Positions 1-8,531 are shown, counted from the stretch's first letter. The stretch is DNA of 64,000 nucleotides from Terriglobia bacterium (GCA_963695545.1 OY968796.1:3040001-3104000); one strand, 5' to 3'. The notes: generated by a model not told the origin, from the sequence alone. A program made the numbers and translations.

Positions 1-1
1 T

Positions 2-457
2 GGGATTTCGATTCCCGTGGTCCAGGTGGGCGGCGGATTGGTTGTCATTTCCACTGGCTGGACGCTGCTGAAGCAGGGCGCTGACGTGGGACAGCAGGAA
101 GTGAAGCGCGACATTCACGCGAATGATCCATTCAGCAACGCCTTTTATCCGCTGACGATGCCGCTCACGGTGGGGCCGGGATCGATCTCCGTGGCGATCA
201 CTCTGGGAGCGAATGCTCCGCCACATTCCGTGTTCAGCCTCGTGAGCATCCTGGTGGCTATCGTCGGCTCCGTTCTGCTCGCGGTCAGCATTTTTCTCTG
301 CTACGGATTCGCGGACCGTCTGGGGCACGTGCTGGGAACGACCGGTATGACCGTCATCATGCAACTCGCGTCGTTTCTACTCGTGTGCATCGGCGTGCAG
401 ATTCTCTGGAGAGGCGCGAGCGCGCTCTTGTCCTCACTGCCTCTGCACGCCCATTGA
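2..457 (+). CDS. MarC family integral membrane protein (5' end truncated by window edge)
   Basis: Frame is open from position 2 (GISIPVVQVGGG); FYPLTMPLTVGPGSI motif and hydrophobic helices typical of MarC. Confidence 0.85.
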   Translation, partial: GISIPVVQVGGGLVVISTGWTLLKQGADVGQQEVKRDIHANDPFSNAFYPLTMPLTVGPGSISVAITLGANAPPHSVFSLVSILVAIVGSVLLAVSIFLCYGFADRLGHVLGTTGMTVIMQLASFLLVCIGVQILWRGASALLSSLPLHAH

Positions 458-473
458 GCGAAGCTTCGCGGCA

Positions 474-866
474 TCACGCCATGTACAGTTCCCAACTGAT
501 GCCATCGGGATCCTTGAACGCCACGTAGTCCTTGTCGAGCGTCGGGTCGCGCTTCACGCCGGTGTTCTCGATACCGGCGCTCGAGAGCGCGGATGCCACG
601 CGGCGAAGCTCGGCTTCGTCGGCGCAGGCCAGCGCGATGTGATCGAGTCCTACGCGGAATGGCGAAAAGCGATCGCCTGGAGATGTTTGGGCGTCCGGCG
701 CGCGCACGCCAATCGCAGCCGATCCGGCCAGGAAAATAAATAGATCCGGAACTTCCCTAATCACGCTGAATCCCAACGTGTCGGCGTAGAACCGCTTCGA
801 CCGCTCGAAATTTGCTGACCGCAACGCGATGTGATGAATTCCCGGAGTCTTCGGGCTGATCGCCAT
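474..866 (-). CDS. VOC/glyoxalase family protein
   Basis: GIHHIAL...SKRFYADTLGF, GLDHIAL, FKDPDGISWEL motifs; ATG at 866 with GGAGG RBS. Confidence 0.88.
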   Translation of the reverse strand: MAISPKTPGIHHIALRSANFERSKRFYADTLGFSVIREVPDLFIFLAGSAAIGVRAPDAQTSPGDRFSPFRVGLDHIALACADEAELRRVASALSSAGIENTGVKRDPTLDKDYVAFKDPDGISWELYMA

Positions 867-940
867 TTGTTCCTCCCGCGAGATTTCTGATTTTAGCTTC
901 GAGCGCTCGGCTTTATCGGCGCACGGCGCGCCGAGCACGA

Positions 941-1363
941 CTAGCCGGCTCTGAGAGATCGTAGCAGCCCGACGCCGAGCGTTACGACAGAAATTGCCAG
1001 CGAAAACGCGCCGGCGTAAATCAACGACACGAGACCGTTGGGCTTATTCGCGTCGGGCGAAGCTACGGAGAGAAAGAAGCCCAAAGGCAAAAGAATCGCG
1101 GCCGCCGGTACACCGACCCGCGCGACCCACACGAGCCAATCGGGAAGCGCGGCAGCGTCCGCGAGCATCTGGCATACCAGCGCCAGAATTATGAATACGC
1201 CCGCGTGCGCATGACCCGCGCGAAAGAAATTCTGCCGCAACGGATTGTCCATGTAGCGGCTCTTTCCGTTCATCAGCGACGTGAGCAGAAAATATCCGCC
1301 ATATTGAATCGAAGGCACAGTGATAAGAATTACGCCGCACATCAATCTGGCTTCTGGCGTCAT
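941..1363 (-). CDS. Hypothetical four-helix membrane protein with RAGHAHAG motif
   Basis: 140-aa ORF, GGAGG RBS, four hydrophobic segments. Confidence 0.75.
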   Translation of the reverse strand: MTPEARLMCGVILITVPSIQYGGYFLLTSLMNGKSRYMDNPLRQNFFRAGHAHAGVFIILALVCQMLADAAALPDWLVWVARVGVPAAAILLPLGFFLSVASPDANKPNGLVSLIYAGAFSLAISVVTLGVGLLRSLRAG

Positions 1364-1613
1364 CGTTCCTCCTGAATGTCATGTCAACGCATCTGGTATT
1401 CTTTCTGAGTGATCTGCATCCGCCCGGATCGACCCCGCGTTCTGGTTCAGGCGCAGAATGTTACAGCATCACCAAGAGCGGCGAAAACGCTCATGGGTGC
1501 AATTCATTGCTTGAAACGAGCACGCCCATCCGTTCGTTGCAGTTCAGTTTTCCCGCGTTCCGTGTTACTGTTTCTGTGGAAGCGGGAATTTTAGCAATCA
1601 CGGAGCGTCGACC

Positions 1614-1691
1614 ATGGAATGGACCACGCCGGATCATGAAGAGATCTGCTTGAGTTGCGAAATCAGTTCCTACGCGAACGCCGAACTCTAG
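1614..1691 (+). CDS. pqqA: PQQ precursor peptide PqqA (MEWTTPDHEEICLSCEISSYANAEL)
   Basis: Manually translated 25-aa ORF, GGAG RBS, MxWxxP start and ExxxY core (EISSY), 12 nt upstream of pqqB. Confidence 0.93.
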   Translation: MEWTTPDHEEICLSCEISSYANAEL

Positions 1692-1703
1692 TCCTGAGGA
1701 CGA

Positions 1704-2636
1704 ATGCGCGTCACGATCCTCGGCTCCGCGGCCGGGGGAGGCTTTCCGCAGTGGAATTGCGCCTGCCGCAATTGTTCTCGCCTAAGAGCGGGCGATCCCC
1801 ATTTTCGACCGCGAACGCAGGCGCAGTTGGCGGTGCGCTTCGCCGACGGTCAATCGATTCTTCTGAACGCTTCTCCTGACCTGCGAACGCAAATTGTTTC
1901 CGCCCCGTTTCTCGCTCCGGCTAAAATCCCGCGCGACTCTCCGATATCGGGTGTGGTTCTGACGAGCGCGGACGTCGATTGCGTCATCGGTTTGCTGCAT
2001 CTGCGCGAATCGCATCCGCTGCATGTTTACGCCATGCCGTCGGTCCGCCGCGCCCTGCAGGAGGAAAATCATATTTTTCGCGTGCTCGACCGCGCGACGC
2101 CCCCGGCCGTATGGCACGACATTCCACGCGACACTTGGTTTCCGCTGGAGACGATTCGCGCGAAAAGCGGAGAATCTGCGCCGCTCTGCCGCGCCATCCC
2201 GCTGGGTGGGGCCTATCCGGACTTTGTGAGCGAGGGGCTGCGCTCGTTGCTCCCGCGGGACGAAGCTGTAGTCGGAATCGTTGTAGCCGAAGGAGGCAAG
2301 CAGCTTGTTTACGCGCCCTCGATACCGCGCGCTTCAGATGAATTGAAAAGGTGGACTCAATCGAGCGATCTTTGTCTGCTCGACGGAACGTTCTGGAAAG
2401 ACGATGAAATGATATCCGCTGGCGTGGGATCGAAGACGGCGCGCGAAATCGGACATTTGCCGCTGTCCGCGGCGGATGGATTGCTCGCGACGCGCGAAAT
2501 CGCAGCGCGCGGCCGGCGTGTGCTGATTCATATAAACAATACGAATCGGATCCTCGATGACGAAAGTCCCGAACACCACGAAGCGGGGCGAGCGGGTTGG
2601 GAAATTGCGTATGATGATATGGAATTTGAGCTGTGA
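1704..2636 (+). CDS. pqqB: PQQ biosynthesis protein PqqB
   Basis: LGSAAGGGFPQWNCACRNC, LLNASPDLR, DGTFW, IHINNTN motifs. Confidence 0.95.
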   Translation: MRVTILGSAAGGGFPQWNCACRNCSRLRAGDPHFRPRTQAQLAVRFADGQSILLNASPDLRTQIVSAPFLAPAKIPRDSPISGVVLTSADVDCVIGLLHLRESHPLHVYAMPSVRRALQEENHIFRVLDRATPPAVWHDIPRDTWFPLETIRAKSGESAPLCRAIPLGGAYPDFVSEGLRSLLPRDEAVVGIVVAEGGKQLVYAPSIPRASDELKRWTQSSDLCLLDGTFWKDDEMISAGVGSKTAREIGHLPLSAADGLLATREIAARGRRVLIHINNTNRILDDESPEHHEAGRAGWEIAYDDMEFEL

Positions 2637-2643
2637 ATCGCAA

Positions 2644-3414
2644 ATGACATCCGCTCCGCTTTCCAGTGCAGACTTCATCGCGAGTCTTCGCGCGATCGGC
2701 GACGAGCGCTATCACCACAAGCACCCGTTTCATCTGCGCATGCACGAAGGCAAACTCACGCGCGGGCAGTTGCAAGCGTGGGCGCTCAATCGCTTTTACT
2801 ACCAGAGCCGAATCCCGATAAAAGACGCGGTGATTCTGGCACGCGCGGAGGATGCGGAATTCCGGCGCGCATGGCGCAAGCGAATACTGGATCACGATGG
2901 CGACGGAGCGCGGCCGGGCGGAATTGAGAAGTGGCTGCGCCTCGTTGAGGCCACCGGACTTTCGCGCGACGAAGCCATCGACGGCGAAGGCATTTTGCCG
3001 GCCACGCGCTACGCGGTGCAGGCATACATCGATTTGGTTTCTACGCGCTCGCTCCTGGAAGCTGTGGCTTCCTCGCTCACGGAAATGTTCTCCGGTTCGC
3101 TTATCGCTCTGCGCATGGACGCGCTGCGGAAGCATTATCCGTGGCTCTCCGGCGGACTTGATTATTTCACCGGGCGGCTCACGCAGGCGCCGGAGGACGC
3201 GGAGTTCGCACTCGCGTGGGTCGTGAAGCATGCCGCCACGCGCACCGAACAAGAGGATGCACAAGCGGCGCTGCGAGCGAAATGCGACATTCTTTGGGCG
3301 CAACTCGATGCATTGTATTTCGCGTACGTCGAGCCGGCGTGGCCGCCGCCGGGAGCATTCGTGCCGGCGGATTTCAAATCGGAGGCGCATCGTGGCGCTG
3401 CCGGAGCCGACTAG
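2644..3414 (+). CDS. pqqC: Pyrroloquinoline-quinone synthase PqqC
   Basis: RYHHKHPFH, WALNRFYYQSRIPIKDA, RILDHDG, KCDILWAQLDAL motifs. Confidence 0.95.
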   Translation: MTSAPLSSADFIASLRAIGDERYHHKHPFHLRMHEGKLTRGQLQAWALNRFYYQSRIPIKDAVILARAEDAEFRRAWRKRILDHDGDGARPGGIEKWLRLVEATGLSRDEAIDGEGILPATRYAVQAYIDLVSTRSLLEAVASSLTEMFSGSLIALRMDALRKHYPWLSGGLDYFTGRLTQAPEDAEFALAWVVKHAATRTEQEDAQAALRAKCDILWAQLDALYFAYVEPAWPPPGAFVPADFKSEAHRGAAGAD

Positions 3415-3706
3415 CCGTCCGCGACTCGCGGTGGGCTGCCGCCTGAACGACAAAAGCCAGCCGCAACGCGTTCTGTTGATGCCGGAGCGCGCGCTGCGCG
3501 TGAGCGGGCCGAGCCTTGAGATTATCTCGCGCTGCGACGGCGAGCATACCGTTCAGCAGATCGTCGCGGCGCTGCAAAAACTTTATTCCAAGGCCGATCC
3601 GCAGAAAGTCGAGAAAGACATCCTCGAATATCTCGAGCGGCTCGCTCGAGAGAACGCGATCGAGATCGCGCCGGGCGAGACGCACGCGAGGGGCGAAGCG
3701 CGATGA
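3392..3706 (+). CDS. pqqD: PQQ peptide chaperone PqqD
   Basis: GTG at 3392 with GGAGG RBS; VLLMPERAL...EIISRCDG signature; lies between pqqC and pqqE. Confidence 0.9.
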   Translation: MALPEPTSRPRLAVGCRLNDKSQPQRVLLMPERALRVSGPSLEIISRCDGEHTVQQIVAALQKLYSKADPQKVEKDILEYLERLARENAIEIAPGETHARGEAR

Positions 3707-4821
3707 GCTCCGGTACCGCAGCTCCTCTCGCGCTGATCGCCGAGCTGACGCATCGCTGTCCGCTGCACTGCGTCTATTGCTCGAATCCACTGGAGCTGAC
3801 GCGGCGCGCTGACGAGCTCTCGACGGACATTTGGGCGCGCGTATTGCGTGAAGCGGGCGAAGCAGGCGTGCTCCAAGTTGATTTCACGGGTGGGGAACCG
3901 CTCGCGCGCACGGATCTTATCGATCTGGTGCGTGCTGCGCGGGCCGCGGGACTCTATGTGAACCTGATTACTTCGGGGCTTCCGCTCGACGAAGCGCGCC
4001 TTGACGATCTCGTCGCGGCGGGCCTCGATCACATTCAACTGAGCTTTCAGGGCGCGGAAGAAGAATGCGCGAACGAAATTTCCGGCACGACGACGCACGC
4101 GCAGAAACTGCGCGTCCTCGAATGGTTTGCGCGGCGGCGCGTAGCGGTCACGCTGAATTTTGTGATTCACAGGCGCAACATCGATCAGCTCGAAGAAATG
4201 CTGGCGCTCGGCGAATCTTCCGGCGCGGGCCGCATCGAATTCGCGAATGTGCAGTATTACGGCTGGGCTTTCGAGAATCGCGCGGAGCTTTTGCCCACGC
4301 GCGAGCAGGTCGACCGCTCCGTTGACATTTTGAAGCGCGCCGAAGCGCGGCTGCGCGGGAGGATGCGCATCGAATTCGTGGCGCCCGATTACTACGCGAA
4401 ATATCCGAAGGCCTGCATGGGCGGTTGGGGACGCAAATTCATGCTGATTGCGCCGAACGGAGATGCGCTGCCGTGCCACGCGGCGAAGGTGATTCCGGGA
4501 TTGGGATTCGACAATGTGCGGGAACGGAGCGTTGGCGAGATTTGGGAAAAGTCCGAGGCGTTTCGGAAATATCGCGGCGAAGCGTGGATGCCGGATCCGT
4601 GCAGGAGTTGCGATCGCCGCGCGCAGGATTTCGGCGGTTGCCGCTGCCAGGCGTTTCTGCTCGCGGGCGACGCGGCGGTTACGGATCCGGTGTGCAGTTT
4701 TAGCCCGCAACGCGGGAACGTGGACGCGGTGCTTGCCGAGGTAGAACGCGCAACGTCGCAAGCTGCCGTGGCGGAATCGTTCGCGAAAACGGACTGGGTG
4801 TATCGATTGAATCCCGCCTAA
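3703..4821 (+). CDS. pqqE: Radical SAM/SPASM PqqA cyclase PqqE
   Basis: AELTHRCPLHCVYCSNP (CxxxCxxC), PKACMGGWG, DFGGCRCQA. Confidence 0.96.
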   Translation: MSSGTAAPLALIAELTHRCPLHCVYCSNPLELTRRADELSTDIWARVLREAGEAGVLQVDFTGGEPLARTDLIDLVRAARAAGLYVNLITSGLPLDEARLDDLVAAGLDHIQLSFQGAEEECANEISGTTTHAQKLRVLEWFARRRVAVTLNFVIHRRNIDQLEEMLALGESSGAGRIEFANVQYYGWAFENRAELLPTREQVDRSVDILKRAEARLRGRMRIEFVAPDYYAKYPKACMGGWGRKFMLIAPNGDALPCHAAKVIPGLGFDNVRERSVGEIWEKSEAFRKYRGEAWMPDPCRSCDRRAQDFGGCRCQAFLLAGDAAVTDPVCSFSPQRGNVDAVLAEVERATSQAAVAESFAKTDWVYRLNPA

Positions 4822-5004
4822 GATTTTGCTGACGTTTCGCGTTGACATGCATTGAAATTGGTCACAACACAAAAAGTGCGCCGGGCGTTCGCTTTCTCCC
4901 CGTGCTCTAATACAGTTAACAGCGTATAGACGCTCATTCCGACGGTCGATAGGATCGCAAGCGGGTCCGACGGAGCGAGCGGCGGCAGCGCGAGGCGGTG
5001 TGCG

Positions 5005-5700
5005 ATGAATAGAGTTCGTAAATTTCAAATCGCGGCGATTGCTGGAATCGCATTGGCGCTCGCGGGCGTTTTGCTGGCGCAGAGTGGGGCGGGTAAACAA
5101 TTGGTGGTCAACGGAAAAACCACCAACGCGGCGGTGCTGCAGATGGATGGGCACTCGTACGTGGACATCGATGCTCTCGCACAGATCATGGACGGGTCCG
5201 TCACAATCGGAGCGAATCAAGTGGTGTTGACGATACCGAGTGCAAACTCGAATTCGGGCGCCAGCCCGAGCGCTGAACCCGCGCCGCAGGCCGCGCCGGG
5301 CCTTTCGAGAAATTTCGCGAGCGCGGCAATCTCCGCCGTGGCCGAAATGAGGGAGTGGACGGGGGCGATCGGGACGATGGTTACTTATGGGATGGCGGCT
5401 AATCCGGCGTGGGCTCAGTCGTATCACGACGAAGTGCAGACCAGCCTTTCGCAAGCAGCCGTGGCGGCGTCGACAGAGGCCGATCGCGACGCTCTGCGGT
5501 TGCTGAACAATCAATTCACGCAACTGGCGGCGTGGGCCAGCGGCGTGATTGCCGAACGTCAATCTCTCAATGCGGCCAGGACGATGGATCCGAACGCGCT
5601 GCAGAACGATGCGGCGCTGGCAAAGATCACGGCGTGCGGCAGATTTCTGAATTCGATGCTGGTCAGCGGAAGTTTTGCCGACAATTCGACTTGCGATTAA
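5005..5700 (+). CDS. Hypothetical secreted protein
   Basis: N-terminal signal peptide, beta-rich N-domain, Pro/Ala linker, helical C-domain with two Cys. Confidence 0.7.
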   Translation: MNRVRKFQIAAIAGIALALAGVLLAQSGAGKQLVVNGKTTNAAVLQMDGHSYVDIDALAQIMDGSVTIGANQVVLTIPSANSNSGASPSAEPAPQAAPGLSRNFASAAISAVAEMREWTGAIGTMVTYGMAANPAWAQSYHDEVQTSLSQAAVAASTEADRDALRLLNNQFTQLAAWASGVIAERQSLNAARTMDPNALQNDAALAKITACGRFLNSMLVSGSFADNSTCD

Positions 5701-5785
5701 CCGCGGCTTTCCGCAAAGTTCCGCGCGTCGCTCCCTTAGAACTTCCTCGGGTGAAATTCGCGCGGACTTAGACGCAAAAAACCTC

Positions 5786-6232
5786 TTAGTGGCTCGACGG
5801 AATGCGCACGACCTCCACGGAACAATGAGCGTGGTGGACGATGGCGTCTGAGACGCTGCCCATCAAGAAGCGATCGAAGGCGTTGTGGCCGTGCGATCCG
5901 ACGACGATCAAATCGGCGTGCCAGGCTTTCGAGGCGTCGATGATCGCGGATTTGGGATATCCCGGCTCGACGGTTGTGGTTACCTTCATGCCGTGAGAGC
6001 GAAGCGTTTCGGCGGTCTTCTCAACAAGCTTGTGTGCCTGCGCGGTTTCGGTGGTCCAAACGGTCTCGAGCGCCGGATCGTAACCGCCCATCTCGCGCCC
6101 GACGAGCAGCGTGGGCGGCTCGACGACGTGGATGACGCGCACTTCGGTCTCGGCGGGATGGGCTTGAGCGATCACGGCCTGGACCGCAGCTTCGGAAAAT
6201 TTGGAGCCATCGACCGCGAGCAGTATTTTCAT
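5786..6232 (-). CDS. Universal stress protein (UspA family)
   Basis: MKILLAVDGS...ADLIVVGSHG...MGSVSDAIVHHAHCSVEVV; GGAGG RBS before ATG 6232. Confidence 0.93.
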   Translation of the reverse strand: MKILLAVDGSKFSEAAVQAVIAQAHPAETEVRVIHVVEPPTLLVGREMGGYDPALETVWTTETAQAHKLVEKTAETLRSHGMKVTTTVEPGYPKSAIIDASKAWHADLIVVGSHGHNAFDRFLMGSVSDAIVHHAHCSVEVVRIPSSH

Positions 6233-6309
6233 GTTGCGCACCTCCGAAAGGTATCGTACTACGCGCGCTGTTCGCGGCACCATCGCGGGGCGGTAGATTC
6301 CGGCGTGAC

Positions 6310-6635
6310 CCCGGGGGGGGGTACACCCCCGGGTATGTTTTGCGTAAGAGCGACAGCCAAAGGACTTGCAGGAAAAGAGTGACAAAGAGTGCGGAAGAGA
6401 TTGAGAACAATAGATTTGCAGGCGTTTATTTTCAATGAGATGCGCACTCTCTTGAGGGAGTGCGGATCGAATTGAAAATGAATGGGTTATGGGGGCGGGA
6501 TTTACGTCGTAGGTGACGAACGAAATCGGATTGAGCGCCGGCGCGACGCCGGGAAAAGTGGGGTAGACGAACAATTCGAATTGATTGGCGGCGAACATGA
6601 ACCAGCATAGCATTAGTTCAATTATGTGTCAAGTA
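6310..6635 (-). repeat. Dispersed promoter-headed non-coding element, copy 1 (candidate ncRNA or DNA-site array)
   Basis: Shares exact blocks CAATTCGAATT, AGAGTGCGCATCTCATTG and CTTACGCAAAACAT, in the same order, with 29587-29820. Confidence 0.8.
6604..6632 (-). promoter_or_regulatory. Sigma70-type promoter TTGACA-17-TATGCT with extended -10 TGn
   Basis: Minus strand reads TTGACA cataattgaactaatgc TATGCT. Confidence 0.75.
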
Positions 6636-6776
6636 TTTCTTGAGTATTCGAAATAAGTTCCGCTGGGCCGGGAGAATAATGCCGGCGAGTGGGCCTCGCT
6701 CAATGCGCGTGCGCGTTGCGCGCTCGAGACGGCAATGTGGGTTAAAATCGCAAACGGAGGCTGAGGAGAAAAGAGC

Positions 6777-6986
6777 ATGCCAAACGATTCACATCAGCGA
6801 GCGGCGGAATTCCACGAAATGGCGGCACACGCGCATCGCGTTGCGGCGACGCACCACGGCAAGGGAGACCACTTGAGCGGACAGGAGTATTCGCGGCAGG
6901 CCATGGAATATTCGGCCCGGGCTCACCAGCTGAGTCAAGAAGCTCACTGGAAATCGGAAGCCGCTGCCGGCGGCGACAAGAAGTAA
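6777..6986 (+). CDS. Small His/Ala-rich helical protein
   Basis: 69 aa, strong GAGGAG RBS, periodic His residues (HQRAAEFHEMAAHAHRVAATHH). Confidence 0.8.
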   Translation: MPNDSHQRAAEFHEMAAHAHRVAATHHGKGDHLSGQEYSRQAMEYSARAHQLSQEAHWKSEAAAGGDKK

Positions 6987-7169
6987 TCGGGGCCGCGGAC
7001 GGGGCGGCCGAATCAAGCGTCTGAGAACGATTGGCCGCGGAGCTGGCCCTGCGCCACGGGTGTAGGGGCAGATCGTTCGCTGAAATTGTTCAGCGCGAAT
7101 TTTGGATTTCCGGCATACGTCGGAGATGCCGGAAGATCGCGCCCCCAGGGCCAAGCCCGACGAGGATCG

Positions 7170-8375
7170 TTAGTCTTTCGCCCAGCCGAGAGCGGCGAGG
7201 ACATGGCGGGCGATCATCAGGTCTTCGTTGGTTTTTATGACGCGCACTTTTACGCGGGCTTCGTGAGTGGAGATCAGCGCCGCATTGGTTTCGTTGAAGG
7301 ACGCGTCGACATGAATGCCGAGAAAATCCAAGCCTTCGCAGATGCGCGCGCGAATGGCGGGAGCGCGCTCTCCGACGCCGCCGGAGAACACGAGGACATC
7401 GAGGCCGCCGAGCGCGGCGGCGTAGGCGCCGATATATTTTTTCGCGCGGTAGCAGAATAGGTCGATGGCTTCGGCGGCGCGCGAATCGTGAGGCGCGGCG
7501 TCAAGCAAGGAACGCATATCGCCGGAGGTCTCTGAAATTCCGAGGAGGCCGGATTGCTTGTTCAAGAGCGCGTCCATCTCTTTCGCGGACATTCTGTTCT
7601 GCGTGTGATCGAGCAGGTAGAGAATCCCGCCGGGATCGACGTCACCGGAGCGCGTGGCCATGACGAGGCCCTCGAGGGGAGTGAAACCCATCGAAGTGTC
7701 GATGCTTTTGCCGCGATGGATAGCGGCCATGCTGGCGCCGCTGCCGAGATGGGCGGCGATCACGCGGCCGTCTGAGAGCGCGGGATCGAGCGCGCGCAAT
7801 TCCTGCATGATGTATTCGTAGGAGAGGCCGTGAAAGCCGTAGCGCACGATGCCGTTGTCGTAGAGGCGGCGCGGGAGCGCGTACATGCGCGCGACGGTGG
7901 GAAGAGTGCGATGGAATGCGGTGTCGAAACACGCGACCTGCGGAAGATCGGGGAACTTCGCGGCGATGAATTCGATTCCTTCGATCGCGGCGGGCAGATG
8001 ATCGGGGTCGAGCGGAACGAGTTTCTTGATCTCCGCGAGGAAATCTGGAGTGACGCGTTGAGGGTCCTTGTATTTCGGGCCGCCGTGGACCAGTCGATGG
8101 CCGACGGCGGCGAGCCGCGCGAGAAAGCCATGCTCGGCGAGCCACGCGAACATAGTGGTGAGCGCGGTGGTGTGGTCGCCCGAAGCAACCGGGGATTCGA
8201 GCAACGTGGCGCCGCTTGGATCGGCAATCTTCAAGCGGCTGCCGGTGACGCCGGCCTGATCGACGGAAATCGAAAGCAGAAGATCTTCGCGATGGCCGGC
8301 GTCGTAGAGGTCGGATTTCAAGGTCGCCGAACCCTTGTTCATGGTGAGGATGCGTTTCTGAGTTGGCGGCGTCAC
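7170..8375 (-). CDS. ackA: Acetate/propionate kinase
   Basis: VGHRLVHGG, ACFDTAFH, RYGFHGLSY, HLGSGAS, DTSMGFTPLEGL, FSGGVGE motifs; GTG start inferred. Confidence 0.92.
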   Translation of the reverse strand: MTPPTQKRILTMNKGSATLKSDLYDAGHREDLLLSISVDQAGVTGSRLKIADPSGATLLESPVASGDHTTALTTMFAWLAEHGFLARLAAVGHRLVHGGPKYKDPQRVTPDFLAEIKKLVPLDPDHLPAAIEGIEFIAAKFPDLPQVACFDTAFHRTLPTVARMYALPRRLYDNGIVRYGFHGLSYEYIMQELRALDPALSDGRVIAAHLGSGASMAAIHRGKSIDTSMGFTPLEGLVMATRSGDVDPGGILYLLDHTQNRMSAKEMDALLNKQSGLLGISETSGDMRSLLDAAPHDSRAAEAIDLFCYRAKKYIGAYAAALGGLDVLVFSGGVGERAPAIRARICEGLDFLGIHVDASFNETNAALISTHEARVKVRVIKTNEDLMIARHVLAALGWAKD

Positions 8376-8515
8376 TCGGTCTCCGTGGAGAATCGCGTGC
8401 TTGGGCGCGTTTGCGGGGCGCGCACCGCGATGAGAACAAATTTTCGTGTGTCGGCGCGGGAATTGCAAGGCGGCGGCGTGCAGGCAGCGGCGGCGGATGT
8501 TGCGCGGGCGGGAAG

Positions 8516-8531
8516 TGTGCGGTTTGGCACA
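8516..8531. promoter_or_regulatory. Candidate Crp/Fnr-family site TGTGCG-N4-GGCACA
   Basis: Near-palindrome upstream of the crp-like gene; TACGGT -10-like hexamer 21 nt downstream. Confidence 0.5.

Noticed and set aside
3583..5562. 659-aa minus-strand ORF, and similar long ORFs such as 1984-3453, 31027-33195 and 32826-34274
   Set aside because: Antisense to well-supported genes, no recognisable motifs
6337..6490. CRISPR array interpretation of the repeated ~30-bp units
   Set aside because: Units are degenerate, one is inverted, there are no regular unique spacers and no cas genes
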